A stretch of 63,966 nt of DNA, counting the filler, from Saprolegnia diclina VS20 (Eukaryota), in assembly GCF_000281045.1 (NCBI RefSeq). It is 12 parts of 3 records of this genome, joined end to end, with 100 filler letters (N's around TTAATTAATTAA, not from the genome) between each part and the next. Parts side by side here need not be neighbours in the genome. Positions count along the whole stretch, not along the records: positions 35,857 to 54,380 come from NW_008246139.1; 11 more parts are not named here. One strand, 5' to 3'. Shown here one piece after another: positions 38,119 through 50,738 of this stretch (position 1 is its first letter; each line of letters begins with the position of its first letter). The translations under genes were made by a program, and so were the position numbers. The notes below the pieces were generated by a model that saw nothing but the letters and a program-made list of their open reading frames with translations, was not told where the DNA came from and did no database searches.

Positions 38119-39439
38119 NNNNNNNNNNNNNNNNNNNNNNNNNNNNNNNNNNNNNNNNNNNNNNNNNNNNNNNNNNNNNNNNNNNNNNNNNNNNNNNNNN
38201 NNNNNNNNNNNNNNNNNNNNNNNNNNNNNNNNNNNNNNNNNNNNNNNNNNNNNNNNNNNNNNNNNNNNNNNNNNNNNNNNNNNNNNNNNNNNNNNNNNNN
38301 NNNNNNNNNNNNNNNNNNNNNNNNNNNNNNNNNNNNNNNNNNNNNNNNNNNNNNNNNNNNNNNNNNNNNNNNNNNNNNNNNNNNNNNNNNNNNNNNNNNN
38401 NNNNNNNNNNNNNNNNNNNNNNNNNNNNNNNNNNNNNNNNNNNNNNNNNNNNNNNNNNNNNNNNNNNNNNNNNNNNNNNNNNNNNNNNNNNNNNNNNNNN
38501 NNNNNNNNNNNNNNNNNNNNNNNNNNNNNNNNNNNNNNNNNNNNNNNNNNNNNNNNNNNNNNNNNNNNNNNNNNNNNNNNNNNNNNNNNNNNNNNNNNNN
38601 NNNNNNNNNNNNNNNNNNNNNNNNNNNNNNNNNNNNNNNNNNNNNNNNNNNNNNNNNNNNNNNNNNNNNNNNNNNNNNNNNNNNNNNNNNNNNNNNNNNN
38701 NNNNNNNNNNNNNNNNNNNNNNNNNNNNNNNNNNNNNNNNNNNNNNNNNNNNNNNNNNNNNNNNNNNNNNNNNNNNNNNNNNNNNNNNNNNNNNNNNNNN
38801 NNNNNNNNNNNNNNNNNNNNNACCGCCAAAGCGCGCGAGTCTTACTCGATGCTACGTCGTCGGAGTAGGTTACTCGAAGTAAAGTGGAAAGAAATGTCAT
38901 CTGGTCGCTTTCGACGTTATCGGTACTAGTCTTTGCAGCTTATGCTACGACCGAGCTTTGCATCCCAGTTAACATCGAATGAGCCGTTCGTTTCCAGGAG
39001 CTCATTCGAATCAACATCATCAGCAACGACTGGAAGCAACCAGCTTGGCCGAGGACTTGAGTAGGACCGCGAGACGAGCGGGTCTTCTTCGCCCAGTCGG
39101 ACCTAAATGAGACGAGGCGCTAGCACGCACCAAGACCGGTTCATGGCGCTCAACATACCATGAACCCTTTCTTCGATTGCGATCGCTAGGACCACCAGTC
39201 GTTTCCAGGCGTCTGTGGTAGAGTGACGTTGCGAGTCGACGACTCTGTACTGCATTGGGTAGACAACCAGCATCGACGTACTTACAATCGGCCTGCACGG
39301 TCCACAATCAACATAAACCGTCCTCTGATTGGGCGTCCTTTCCGGATACGTCGATGGTGCCCAATCACAGGCCGCATTTCGGTTCACGGATTTTGCGCGC
39401 CACAATCCAAATTCCGACAATCCAAATTCCGACAATCCC

Positions 39440-41404
39440 ATGGCGACCTTCCGCAGCGTGGTTCTGGCGCAGCCCGAGATCGCATCGATCATCTTCGGCC
39501 TCCAGTTTGGCGTCTACGAAGACGTCGCGTCCCGCTTCCGCGCCTTCAACCACCTCGTGGACGTGCGCCGGGCGATGGACGACGACGTAAGCTCCTCCAC
39601 GTATTACGCCCTCGACATAGCATTCCAGACGAACTATCTCGCTCGCAAAGATGGATCGATGACGACGTGTATTGACGCCAAACGCTTGTGCCTCACCAAG
39701 CAACTCACGCGCGACGCTCGCTTCCCGCTGCACTTGGCGATTTGCGAAGGTGACTTGGTCGCGACGCAGCGGATCGTCGCCTGCCGCCCCGACCTCGTGT
39801 ACCAAGAAGCCATCGAGGCGGCGCTCATGACTGGCCATCTTGAGATCGCAGACTTTCTACTGCAGACGCACGCTGTCGACCGCAGCTTTGACGACGAGAC
39901 CTTGGGTTGCGTCTCGCGGCCGCTAGACGCCTGGCTGCCCGCCGCGCTGCTGTCGACCAACAATGCGGATGCGCTAGCACTGCTGTGGCGTCGCCGCCAA
40001 CTCGAGTGGCCGGGCGATGTGCTCCGTTTGGCCAGCGATGCGGGCGCGCCTCAAGTCATTGCGTTCTTGTACAAGCACATGCCTCACACAGTGTACGACG
40101 GCTTCGTGGACGTTGCCGCCAGCCACGGTCTCTTGGAGATTGTCATCGACCTCGTCGCGCGCGGTTTCAGCTGCACCGCCGATGCACTGGACACGGCCGC
40201 TACGAATGGTCACGTCGACATCGTCCGCTTCCTCATGGAGCAGTGCCACCAAGTGCCGTCGCGGACGACGATGCGAAACGCTGCGAACGAAGGACACTTG
40301 GCCGTCGTCAAGTACCTGCACGAGCTCGGGACCTTGGATAATGCAATCAAGACCGCTTTCGGGGCTGCTTGGTACGACCACGACGACATTGTGCGGTACC
40401 TTGTGGCCAACCGCCGCGAGGGCGACTGCACCCTGCGCTTCGACGCGCCCGTGTCGGACCTCGTCTTCATTGCGGCGTACTTGCTCTCGATCGGACACAC
40501 GCTGGAGAAAATCGCAGTGTGCTTCTCGACCATTACAAGGAAGCGAATGTCGGGCGTCCTGGAGGTTGTTGCCTTTTTCAGCGAGCGTGGGGCTGTGCTT
40601 GACGCTACCTGGATGATCGGCGCTTGTGAGCGAGGCGACATGGACGTCGTCGTCTACCTCCACGACCACGGCGCAGCGTCAGCTCCCGAAGCCATCGATG
40701 AAGCTGTGTGGAACGAGCAATGGGCCATCGTCGATTTTCTCATGGCGCATCGAACCGAAGGCGCGACGCTCATTGGCATTGAGTTTGCACTTGTCCACAG
40801 CCAGTTTGATCTGATCACGCGGCTTTGGGCCAAGCAGCCCGAGCTCCGCGACGACGACCTCTTGCGCACCGCCCTTGTCAGCAACGTGCCCGACGCTGTT
40901 CATTTTCTGCTGCAAGCGGGGGTCGGAAAGCCACGCGAAATGCTCAGCTTGCTTGCTCCAAGATGGTCGCACCCAGCTTTGCTCCGAGTCCTTCTGCCGT
41001 ACGTCCTGGACGCGCCGACGCCGATCGAGAACCTCGCGCACCTCGTCGAGACATTTGCTAACGTGGCACACAACATTTCCAAGTCCAACCTCTTGGTCAT
41101 CAAAGCCGAGATGCTTCGCCAGGCCAACGACCTCGTCGACGCCAGCGACGACCTCCAAGCTCACGCCGCCACACTCTTGCGTCGGGGCGCCGAGACGACC
41201 ACAGAACGTGATGATGGCATGCGGGTGCTGGACCGCGCGGCTCTCTTTGACTGGGCACTCGCAGTGCTCATCGTACAATTCTCGACGGACGCTCCGACCA
41301 TGGCCGCCCAGAAGACGCGACTGGACGCGTGGATGATCATGGTCGACGACCCTCTTCTGCGCTCACAACTCCGCACTCGCCTTGACGAGAAGGGCAGCGT
41401 TTAG
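39440..41404 (+). CDS. Ankyrin-repeat protein of a lineage-expanded family, intronless
   Basis: MATFRSVVLAQPEI...; DARFPLHLAI, ALDTAATNGHVDIVRFL, AANEGHLAVVKYLH, NRREG and HRTEG repeats. Confidence 0.85.
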   Translation: MATFRSVVLAQPEIASIIFGLQFGVYEDVASRFRAFNHLVDVRRAMDDDVSSSTYYALDIAFQTNYLARKDGSMTTCIDAKRLCLTKQLTRDARFPLHLAICEGDLVATQRIVACRPDLVYQEAIEAALMTGHLEIADFLLQTHAVDRSFDDETLGCVSRPLDAWLPAALLSTNNADALALLWRRRQLEWPGDVLRLASDAGAPQVIAFLYKHMPHTVYDGFVDVAASHGLLEIVIDLVARGFSCTADALDTAATNGHVDIVRFLMEQCHQVPSRTTMRNAANEGHLAVVKYLHELGTLDNAIKTAFGAAWYDHDDIVRYLVANRREGDCTLRFDAPVSDLVFIAAYLLSIGHTLEKIAVCFSTITRKRMSGVLEVVAFFSERGAVLDATWMIGACERGDMDVVVYLHDHGAASAPEAIDEAVWNEQWAIVDFLMAHRTEGATLIGIEFALVHSQFDLITRLWAKQPELRDDDLLRTALVSNVPDAVHFLLQAGVGKPREMLSLLAPRWSHPALLRVLLPYVLDAPTPIENLAHLVETFANVAHNISKSNLLVIKAEMLRQANDLVDASDDLQAHAATLLRRGAETTTERDDGMRVLDRAALFDWALAVLIVQFSTDAPTMAAQKTRLDAWMIMVDDPLLRSQLRTRLDEKGSV

Positions 41405-42668
41405 CCGCGGAACGACAGCAAGCTAACAAACACTTTGAAATGTAGTTTTCCTGGCAATTTGATATTTATTCCGCGGGGTGGGCGTAGCTTGTCCCCACGG
41501 CCAGCTTGTGGACGGTCTATTTGATGTGCATCGTAAGTGTGTCGCCTGTCGTCGCCTTGACCGTCGTCAATACCACGTTCGGCAGGTTGTCGAGGGGTAG
41601 GGTCGCCACGGGGTGGTACTATTTCTCGTGCTCGCTCGCGGCGGCCTTGGAGCTCCGTGAATCGCATAAAATCGACTTGGCTGATGCTCCGCGCCGGCTC
41701 GTGCGCCATGTTGAACGAAATTGCCGGCAACATGGACCCAATTGCCCAATACTAGTTGACAAAATTTGTACTTTCTTATACAAAGGAATAGTGTACTGAA
41801 GGCGCTCTTGTCCACGCTGTCGCAGTACCGCCAGAGTGCGCGGATCTCTGGACTCGACGCGACGTTCTAAGAGTACCAGGCTACAACGAGCGTAGTTGAT
41901 CGTGTCGAGATGATCCAACCAATGTTCGCCGAGGTAGTACAGTAGCACATGCCGAAACTTGGATGCCGCCTAATTTGCATATATATCGAGTCGAACGAGA
42001 TTTCATCTGCTGCCGTTTGACTTTTCCGAATGCGGGGCCGTTGATTTGCTATCTGTGGTCTGCAGATACAGTAAGGATCTGACGGTATCTGGAGCAATAG
42101 GAAGATGAGCATGGATACCATCGAGTGCCCGCGCCAATCCAGAAATCGATCCTCTGGATAGTTTTCAGGGCGGATTTTACCAGTTTGTATGTATCTTGAG
42201 ACCGAGTGGCAATCGGATGCTATCGCGCCGTCTGTCGAAACGTCTTGTATTCACTGTCAAAGGGTTTACATCAATTCTGTGGACCGTTGAATATCGTTGT
42301 CTGTCGGAGAGATGCACCACGATGGCCCCAGTGCGACCAGCGGTGTCCAACTCGCAACCTCGACCAATCCACTGGCTCTTCTCGTGTCGAGCTGAATCGA
42401 GACGCCGGCGTGAGCGGCTTGTCGGCGTACGACCTTCTCTCCCATTCCAACAGCTGTGGATTCCTCCACAACCACTTGGACTGCAGACGCCTCTGCCAGC
42501 CGCATGCAACACGAGACGAGCCTTTAGCCCACATGTTGTTGACTATTCGACTTGAATGGAAACATGTCGACAACCCGAAGCAAAACTATCCGGTCGACGA
42601 CCCCGTCCCGTGAGATTTCCAAGCCAACAAAGTCCCAGTTAGTTTTCCTTCGCCTACGACCGGCCAAC

Positions 42669-44867
42669 ATGCGCGCAACGTGCTTGCTGGTGTTGGTGCT
42701 ATCTTCCGTGACAGCCCTTCTCATCCAAGACCCTGGCACGACCGTCGTCACCAACAGGTTGGCGAAAACATGACGTTGACCCTCTCCTGCCCGGGTGCCA
42801 AGACCGCGATCAACAAGATCCTCTTTGCGTCCTACGGCTTGCCCGACGGCGAAGGTCTTGCCGCCAGCGCCAACCGAAAATGCCACTCTCCCCGGTCCGT
42901 GTCGGTTGTCGAGAGCTACTGCCTCCAGCAACAGACATGCAGCCTCTGGGCCGTCAACGAGTACGACGACACATGGTCCAAAGTGGCTTCCTAACCTTCT
43001 TGTCATGTTAGCTGGTTCACCGATGAATGCGTCGGCACGGGCAAGTTTCTGACCGTCACGGCGCAGTGTGCGGCCGCCACACCGACCATCGTCGTCGACG
43101 CCAGCGCGGTCCTTGCGGTTGCCAATGTGACCGAGAACAGCACGCTTTCGCTTGTCTGTGACGCACCCCTCGTCGTCTCCAAGATCTTATTTGCCTCGTA
43201 CGGGACGCCGGTGAACACGGGTGTGTACGCCGCCAAGGGCAAGTGCGACGCGACCAACTCGACGCAAATTCTGCAAGCAGCGTGCGTCGGCGACCAAGTT
43301 TGCAATGTCAACGCCGACAACAGGTCTCATCTCTCGCCACACCTCGAGAGGACCTCAACTTTTGACATAGCGTGTTTGGCAACCCCTGCCACGGCACTGG
43401 TAAGCGACTCACCGTCACGGCCTTGTGTGCTGCAGCGGCGAGCAGCACCAAGGGCAATGCGACAAGTGCGCCTGGTTCGACCGGTAGCCCGATTTCTCCC
43501 AGCAGTACCAGTAGCCCAACGTCTGGCACGCCTGCCGCGGGCACAGCCAGCTCATCCTGTACGAATCTCAGTGCTGAACCCTCTAACCTCACATTTCGTA
43601 GCTACACCTGTGATCATTGGCGTCGTCTGCGGAGTTGTGGTCGTCGTCGCCGTCGTCGTCGGCTACATCTGCTGCCGGCGCCGTCAGAAGCAAACCGCTG
43701 CGAACCAGGCGACACCCAACTACTACTACGAACTCCAGAGCACCACCAACGGCATGGGCTACAAGGGCCGCAACAGCAGCGTCGCAACAGGGCCGACCGG
43801 TCCCACGATGGGCGCAGCGACCCACCGGCGGGTGGATCCGGTGACCGAGCCGCATGTGAACCTTGACATCACGCCTCTTCTGCACCACCGCCTCGTGCTC
43901 GAAGATCTCCACGTAACGAGCCGGAAGCCGTTGGCGTCTGGCGCCTACGGTGAAGTCTGGCTTGGTGTCTACGGTGGCCAGCAAGTCGCGATCAAGCGAC
44001 TCAAACAGAGGGACCCACGCTCCGTGCAGAGGTTTATTGACGAGATCGTCCTCATGTCCCAGTACAAATCACTATCCTGCAAGTGAAGATATATCGACTA
44101 ACTACTCTCTTGTGTAGACTCGATAGCGACTATGTCATCAGGTTTGTCGGCGCCAGCTGGACCCGCCCCATCGAGATCGAGTGCGTCGTCGAGTACATGG
44201 ACCTCGGCGATCTTCGCAACTACCTCATGACGACGCGCCCGGGTGTCTTTACGTGGAGCCAAAAGTACGACGTCATCCTGAGCGTCATCCACGGCCTCGT
44301 GTACCTGCACACGTTCAAGGTCCCGATCATCCACCGCGACCTCAAGAGCCGCAACATCCTCCTCGACTCGGTCAAGGTTTGTTACAAATTTGCGATTTTA
44401 CTGCAACCTAACCCTATGGTGGTTAGGGTACCAAGCTCACGGACTTTGGCACGTCGCGCGCCGCCGAGGCCGACGACACGATGACGACAGGCATTGGCAC
44501 GTACCAGTGGATGGCGCCCGAGATCGTCGCGGGCACCAGCTACACGGCGGCCGCCGACATTTACTCGTTCGGCATCGTCTTGTCGGAGCTGTGCACACAC
44601 AAGGTGCCGTACGCGGACCTGCGGCACCCAAAGACGGGCAAGGCGATGCAGCAGCACTACATCTTGCACGAGGTGTGCGAAGGGCGGCTGCACCCAACGT
44701 TCGACGGCGTCGGCGTGCCGACGTGGGTACCGGAAGTGGCCAAGCAGTGTCTGCAGCTCAACGACGTCGACCGACCGACGGCGCTGCAGCTCTCGGCCAT
44801 CCTCTCCAAGTACCGTCAGAGTATGCGGGCTCTAGCTCCCATATCCCGGGAACTCAACACCATGTAA
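42669..44867 (+). CDS. Receptor-like kinase 3 (2x SUEL lectin, TM, TKL kinase); 1-nt frameshift near 42752 as assembled
   Basis: Architecture visible with no gaps: signal MRATCLLVLVLSSVTA, two lectin domains, S/T stalk, TM VIIGVVCGVVVVVAVVVGYICC, and all kinase subdomains. Confidence 0.88.
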
Positions 44868-45226
44868 ACTCCAATTATGAATACACTGTAAATTGTGTAC
44901 ATTTCCTGACAATTCCACCTCACAAACGCAAGTTGCGGGATCCGCGTCTCGTCGTCTTCGGCATGAGTGCATAAACGTATCGAGCGCATGCACGTTTAAA
45001 ACGACCGACGAACTCGCGATTCGAAAGTTGGGAAAGAGCGCCAGCCTCCACGAGGCCATAGTGCAAAGCACAACGTGAGGTCCTGGCCTTTGCCGTCAGT
45101 GAAGCGGCCTAAACGTCGACGCGCGTTCTATTGTAGTTGCGAGTCAAAGACACCATACTTACAGAACCGACAAAGCTCGAATTACAGGAAAGCGTCGCAC
45201 AAGCGGCTTACGATCTTGTCGATTCG

Positions 45227-46692
45227 CTACGTGATGAGAGCGCAGCGATGGCCAATTGCTTGGTTGGATGCGTCCGCAATCACGGTGCCTGTCACGGTGG
45301 TTCGTTGCTGCTCTTCGGTGTCCTCGCTCGCGCTCTGAGCAACGTCGACGCTTGCAACGGTTGCGAGTTCTCGCCAAAAGAGGTCCCTTTCACCTCGCGA
45401 CCAGACGTCGTTGGACAAATCTAGCGACGTGAGGCACTTGACCGCGCCAACAATGGCCCGTAGTAGCGAGAGGCACTGCGACAGCGAGCAGCGGTGCGAC
45501 GCCAGCGCCAGCGACCGCAGCTTCGGCCAGCGAGGCACCGCCTCCAGCCAGAGACCAAGNNNNNNNNNNNNNNNNNNNNNNNNNNNNNNNNNNNNNNNNN
45601 NNNNNNNNNNNNNNNNNNNNNNNNNNNNNNNNNNNNNNNNNNNNNNNNNNNNNNNNNNNNNNNNNNNNNNNNNNNNNNNNNNNNNNNNNNNNNNNNNNNN
45701 NNNNNNNNNNNNNNNNNNNNNNNNNNNNNNNNNNNNNNNNNNNNNNNNNNNNNNNNNNNNNNNNNNNNNNNNNNNNNNNNNNNNNNNNNNNNNNNNNNNN
45801 NNNNNNNNNNNNNNNNNNNNNNNNNNNNNNNNNNNNNNNNNNNNNNNNNNNNNNNNNNNNNNNNNNNNNNNNNNNNNNNNNNNNNNNNNNNNNNNNNNNN
45901 NNNNNNNNNNNNNNNNNNNNNNNNNNNNNNNNNNNNNNNNNNNNNNNNNNNNNNNNNNNNNNNNNNNNNNNNNNNNNNNNNNNNNNNNNNNNNNNNNNNN
46001 NNNNNNNNNNNNNNNNNNNNNNNNNNNNNGTTCTCGAGCGAGAGATGCTGGACGCGGCGCGTCTGGAGCCACTGGAGCAGCCGGTTTGAAAAGGCAATGT
46101 CGAGCTGCACGGGATCTTCGCCGTTGGCGAGTGTAAAGTGCGTCAGCGTCGGGTGCTCGAGCACGTGCAGCAGAAGCGAGAGCCCGTGAATCGCGTCATC
46201 GCGGTCGACGAGGTGGACTTCAAGTCGGCGGAGATGCGGGACCGAGAGCAGCATACTGCGCATCTCGCGGGCATCGTCGACGTCTTCGAACGACGAGTAG
46301 AGCTTGAGGGCGACCAGACACGGCCCATAATCTTGAAGCACGTCGTCGACGTCGGCCGCGTCGCCGAGCGGATACTCAATGTGGATCTGTGGCGACAACG
46401 AAAACGTCCCGTAGAGATAGTCCATTGTCTGTTCGTCCAAATTGTCTTCTAAAACATGGACGAGAGGCCACGCGACGCGGAGCTGGCTCGTGATGTGGCC
46501 GAGGAGATGCCGAAGTGCCTGGAGCGGTAGCGTCAAGTGCTTCTCGGGCCATAGCGATAGGAACGATAGGAGCGTGTCGTTGTCGCCAATGTGCTCGACG
46601 ATGACGGCGATGACCCCTGGCGGTAGCGTCGGGTCGAGGTGCTGCGCTGAGGGCACCGTAAGGCGCACCGGACGCGTGGGGCTCGTTTGCAT
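45227..46692 (-). CDS. F-box-like/RNI-type leucine-rich-repeat protein (middle in gap, 3' end uncertain)
   Basis: N-terminal LPPGVIAVIVEHI...LLSFL...WP segment, then LRR-like PHLRRLEV, PTLTHFTL, VQHLSL, PKLRSLAL and LTSLDLSND. Confidence 0.6.
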
Positions 46693-47264
46693 TGGCTCCA
46701 AGCGGCGGGCGAATCTAAAACTGTCCGCGTCGTCGTCCAGAGCCCAAAGGTGACGCCGTCGGTTAGACAATTCGCTGCCATAAATAGCCGATAAGAGCAA
46801 AGATAACCACCACCACGAGTGTAATTTATCTCGTGTAGCTCTGCATTGGACGACGCAGTTGCCTCGAATCAAAGGGGACGCTTCCAGTGACAAAAGCTCT
46901 AGCACGATAATCCTTGTTTTGGGCAATCCACAAGTACATCATGGTCAAACTTTTGATCGAAACCAAGATGCACGGAACGATGGATATCTTGAATAGTTGA
47001 TGCGAGAACTTTCAACTCAACGACTAAGTCTCCATGATGGCTCTTGGATCATGTAAGCTTTCGACGCTCTTGTTGAGCCCAATGGTCGTGTGCTCTCTTC
47101 TCTCAACCAATACGTACGTATATTTTGAATTCTGGTCAGAGGTGAGAGTCCAAGGAGAGTGAGAAGAGAGGAGAGTCTACCTCCTCATGACCCACCAGAG
47201 CAACTGACGTGGCAGCACCACAGCGCACATGTTTGATGTGCAAGTCTATTTTTAGATTGGTCAA

Positions 47265-49936
47265 ATGCCCCGCCTCGATGATGACGACGATGGAGACGCA
47301 TGGAACGAGGTCGATCTGCGCAAGGTGGCTAAGCAAGAGATGCTCGACGCCGAGACGTCCGGTTGCTTGCGCCTAACGAAGCTCCACCTTGTGCGCATGC
47401 CGCGCTCGCTGCAGTACCTACCGCACCTTCAAATCATCGATTTGAGCCAGAACGGCCTCACGCGGCTGCCAGGCCAGTGGCTACGGCGGTCCTTCCCGAC
47501 ACTTCACACTCTCCATATCGGCGGCAACCAGCTGCACGTGATGGACGACGTCCTCCACCTCTCTCGGATGCACCACCTTCGCGACCTCGACATCTCTTCC
47601 AACCCGCTCCCGCTTGTCACCAATCGTGTCTACCTTCTCGAGGCTCTCTTTCAAGGTACTTCCTTGGAGTGTTGATGTAGCTTCCGTTGGAGTATGTTGC
47701 TAGCACCGACGCCCCGGGACGCTACGTACGCGATCGAGACCGACTTGCAGGCAGCTTGTATCGTGCCGGACAAGACACGGTGTCCTGCCGTGTACCGGGC
47801 GCGCACACTGGCGCCCGTGCCGAGGCGGGAAGGTTTTCCGATGCTACAAGTGCTCAACCAAGCACCCATCGTGCTCGACGACGTCGCAGCGGTCGAGCGC
47901 GAACTCGGTCGCAAGCTGCGGTATCCTGCACCGCACACAACGACGGCCAGCGTCGCCGCAGCTTCCAGGCCACCGGCTCGCTTTCTCGAAATGCGCAAGA
48001 CGGCCAAAGAATTGGTTCGTCACTTGAGCTGGCGACGGTAAATGCGAGATGCGCGGTGTAGGAGCGACGAAAATTGGGCTTCAAGACGCTGCCCGCCGTG
48101 CGTTCCGTGCCCCGTCTCCAGTACACTGTCGACAGGCTGCCAGAGCCCGTCTCTGCCTACGACGATCTGCACGACGTTGGTCGTGGACAGGACGGTGGAA
48201 TGACCCGCGCTGGTAGGCTCTCTAAACGCTCAAGTATGCACGCGAATGAATCTGCCGCGTAGAGTGTGAAATGGCTCGACGCGACATCAAGCTGGGCTTG
48301 GCTGTCACGGGTCCCGCCACCGGCGGCGAATTGCCGCCGGCGCACGAGCCAGTACTCGCCGCGGGGCACTGGAACCACAGCATTGCATCGCTGGACGACC
48401 TTCAGAATGACCAGCGCTGCGTCGTGCGCGAAAAAAGCAAGTCGGACTCGACGTTGCAGGACGACCCGCTCGAGTCGGACGTCCTCCTCGACTCGATGGT
48501 GCAGGCCGAGCGCTCCCGGTAGAGCAACAAGTCCTTCTCAAGACTAAGTTCTTATTCTAGCCGCCTTACGCAGCGAACGCTCGATGTTTTAGCCAACGTG
48601 GACGAGGCGACCGATGCATCGGTGCGACCTTGTGAAGGCGCTATGTTCTTATAGTTCTTCTGCAGGATCCATTCAGCACAAGCTGTGGCGATGCGCTGCT
48701 GGATCGACTCAACCACAACTACACGCCTGCTATCGTCGCAGACAAATTCAAGGTTGGCGACAGCTGTTCACATGTATAACCAGTGCACACACGCTGTCGC
48801 AGGTCACGACAGCGTTTTGTAAAAGGATTTTTGCTGTTGGCTCCAAGCTCGTGACCCCCGGTAACATACATCGCTCGCAACGAGATGAGTAGGGCAATTG
48901 CTGGTAGACTTTCGAGACATTATCGAGCTCGAGCTTCAAGACACTCGGCACCGCAACACGACGCTCTTATCGACAACGGACCCTGCGCCACCATCGCTCG
49001 TGGCCACGATGGATCTTTCACTCAAGTAGCCTCTCCGCATGCCACGTCATCGGCTAGACAAATCTGCACTAGTCGCTTGCGCGCCCAGAATCGCATTGAA
49101 GGCGTCATCAACACCATCAACCCCAAGCACGAGAAGCGGCTCATCCAAGTCGGAAGCTATCATCTTTGTATCAAAGTATCGAGTGACAGTTTAGGCGCTC
49201 ATTGATTCCGACCAACAAGTGGTCGACGAGCAACTCCGTCGACAGAAGATCAAGGAACACAAAGACCGTATGGACAATATTGCCCATCGGGGCCACCGCA
49301 CGCGCCCCACCAGCGCAACCCCCGCGCGCCACGTACCTTGTCCATTTTCATTTTCATTTTTGCTCATATGAAGCGTAGGCGTCGTCATGGCAGCAGCGCA
49401 ACATCACGGCCATGACGATGAAGGAAAAAGGTGTGGTTCCTCGCAGCACAGCGCGCATTAGCGCAGAGCCCAAGCATCTCGCTTATCGAACGATCGAGAC
49501 GGTCGAGGCGGCCGCGGACGACCACTTGCTCGGCGTCTCATCCAAAGAGCTCTTGCTGCGCTGCGCCGAGATCCGCAAGCACGCGCGCGAGTCGTTAAAA
49601 GAGCTCGCCAAAGCCAAAACCGACTTTGTGGTGAGCGAGTGCGAGTGGGAAAGCCGGCGGCGCGACCGGATCGAGCTTCTCAAGCGCAAGGTCCGCGCGT
49701 CGGCCTGCGATGGCACCGAGATTATGATTGGCGACCAAGAATTCATCTATGCAAGCTTTTAAGAAACTCCGTCTACTAACGTCGACTAGATTGTCTCAAA
49801 GCGGGACCGACGCCAGCAAGCGTCCAGTGGACCAGCCATGCGAGCTAGCAGCGTCGAACGGAGTAGCATGAGCGTGGCGCCAGAGGAGCAACTAAAGTTT
49901 TTGTACCAATATATCTTCTCGAGTGCCACGCGATAG
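47265..49936 (+). CDS. Multi-exon protein with N-terminal leucine-rich repeats and a coiled-coil-like C-terminal region
   Basis: LQIIDLSQNGLTRLP, LHTLHIGGNQL, LRDLDISSNPL; a chain of same-strand ORFs separated by short GT-AG introns. The end coordinate is approximate. Confidence 0.6.
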
Positions 49937-50738
49937 GCCTTTCCCTCATCGCGCATTAGGGCGAGGCATGGAGCAATGGTCATCGCGTCCGAGGCGCGAT
50001 GGTCGCCTGCATTTTTGAGTCGGCTACGCCTCCAGTCCCAATTTTAACCGGTTTGTTGAATCTGGCTCGAACTCGCATTGCAACCTCGGCTCCTTGTTGT
50101 CGCACGCCCGTTGTGGCGCAACGCAATTCGATTCAGAAGCATCCTCCTCCACAGCGTAGTGCCCGAGGATGCCCCTAATAACACCGTCATAAGTTCCGGC
50201 TGTACGGACGAGACACATTCTAGACTCATCCCTGTGCGAAAAGACCCAAATTTACCATCGTCTTTGCCGTCGTTTGTCGGACGGCCCGTGCAGGCTGGAG
50301 CTGGATCTGGGCATGCTGATACACCATCTTCGATCCCAGTTTTTACGCTCGAATTCTGTGCCCCACTCACCTCCGAGCACCATTGTTCCTCCGCGTTGGA
50401 ACCAAACACCACCACATAGGCACTCGGAACACTGCGACGTCGCTCTCCTGGACGCATCGTGAGCAAGCGTACCGTACCGTCGTGGCATGGCTGTCAAGGA
50501 ACTGGTATGAAACCGGTTCTGTAACCGGTTCATTGCGCGACGGCTGTACCATGTGTAACACTGTTACGCCAGCATAATATAATTCGATTTTTTCATGTAG
50601 TATCCATTTAAATACCTCTCGCTTTGTATCCACATACAAACACCACGTGCTGTGGTGGGGCAGCGCCCAGAAAGGTCAACCGCAACCAGCTGGCTTGCGG
50701 TTGGCGCGAGCCTTTAGCACTGGTGTCATTTGTGCGAA

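Noticed and set aside
41440..42600. Possible decayed coding sequence between the ankyrin gene and RLK3
   Set aside because: Short broken frames with no recognisable motif.
50505..50530. Two AACCGGTT palindromes close together
   Set aside because: Too short to distinguish from chance without comparative data.
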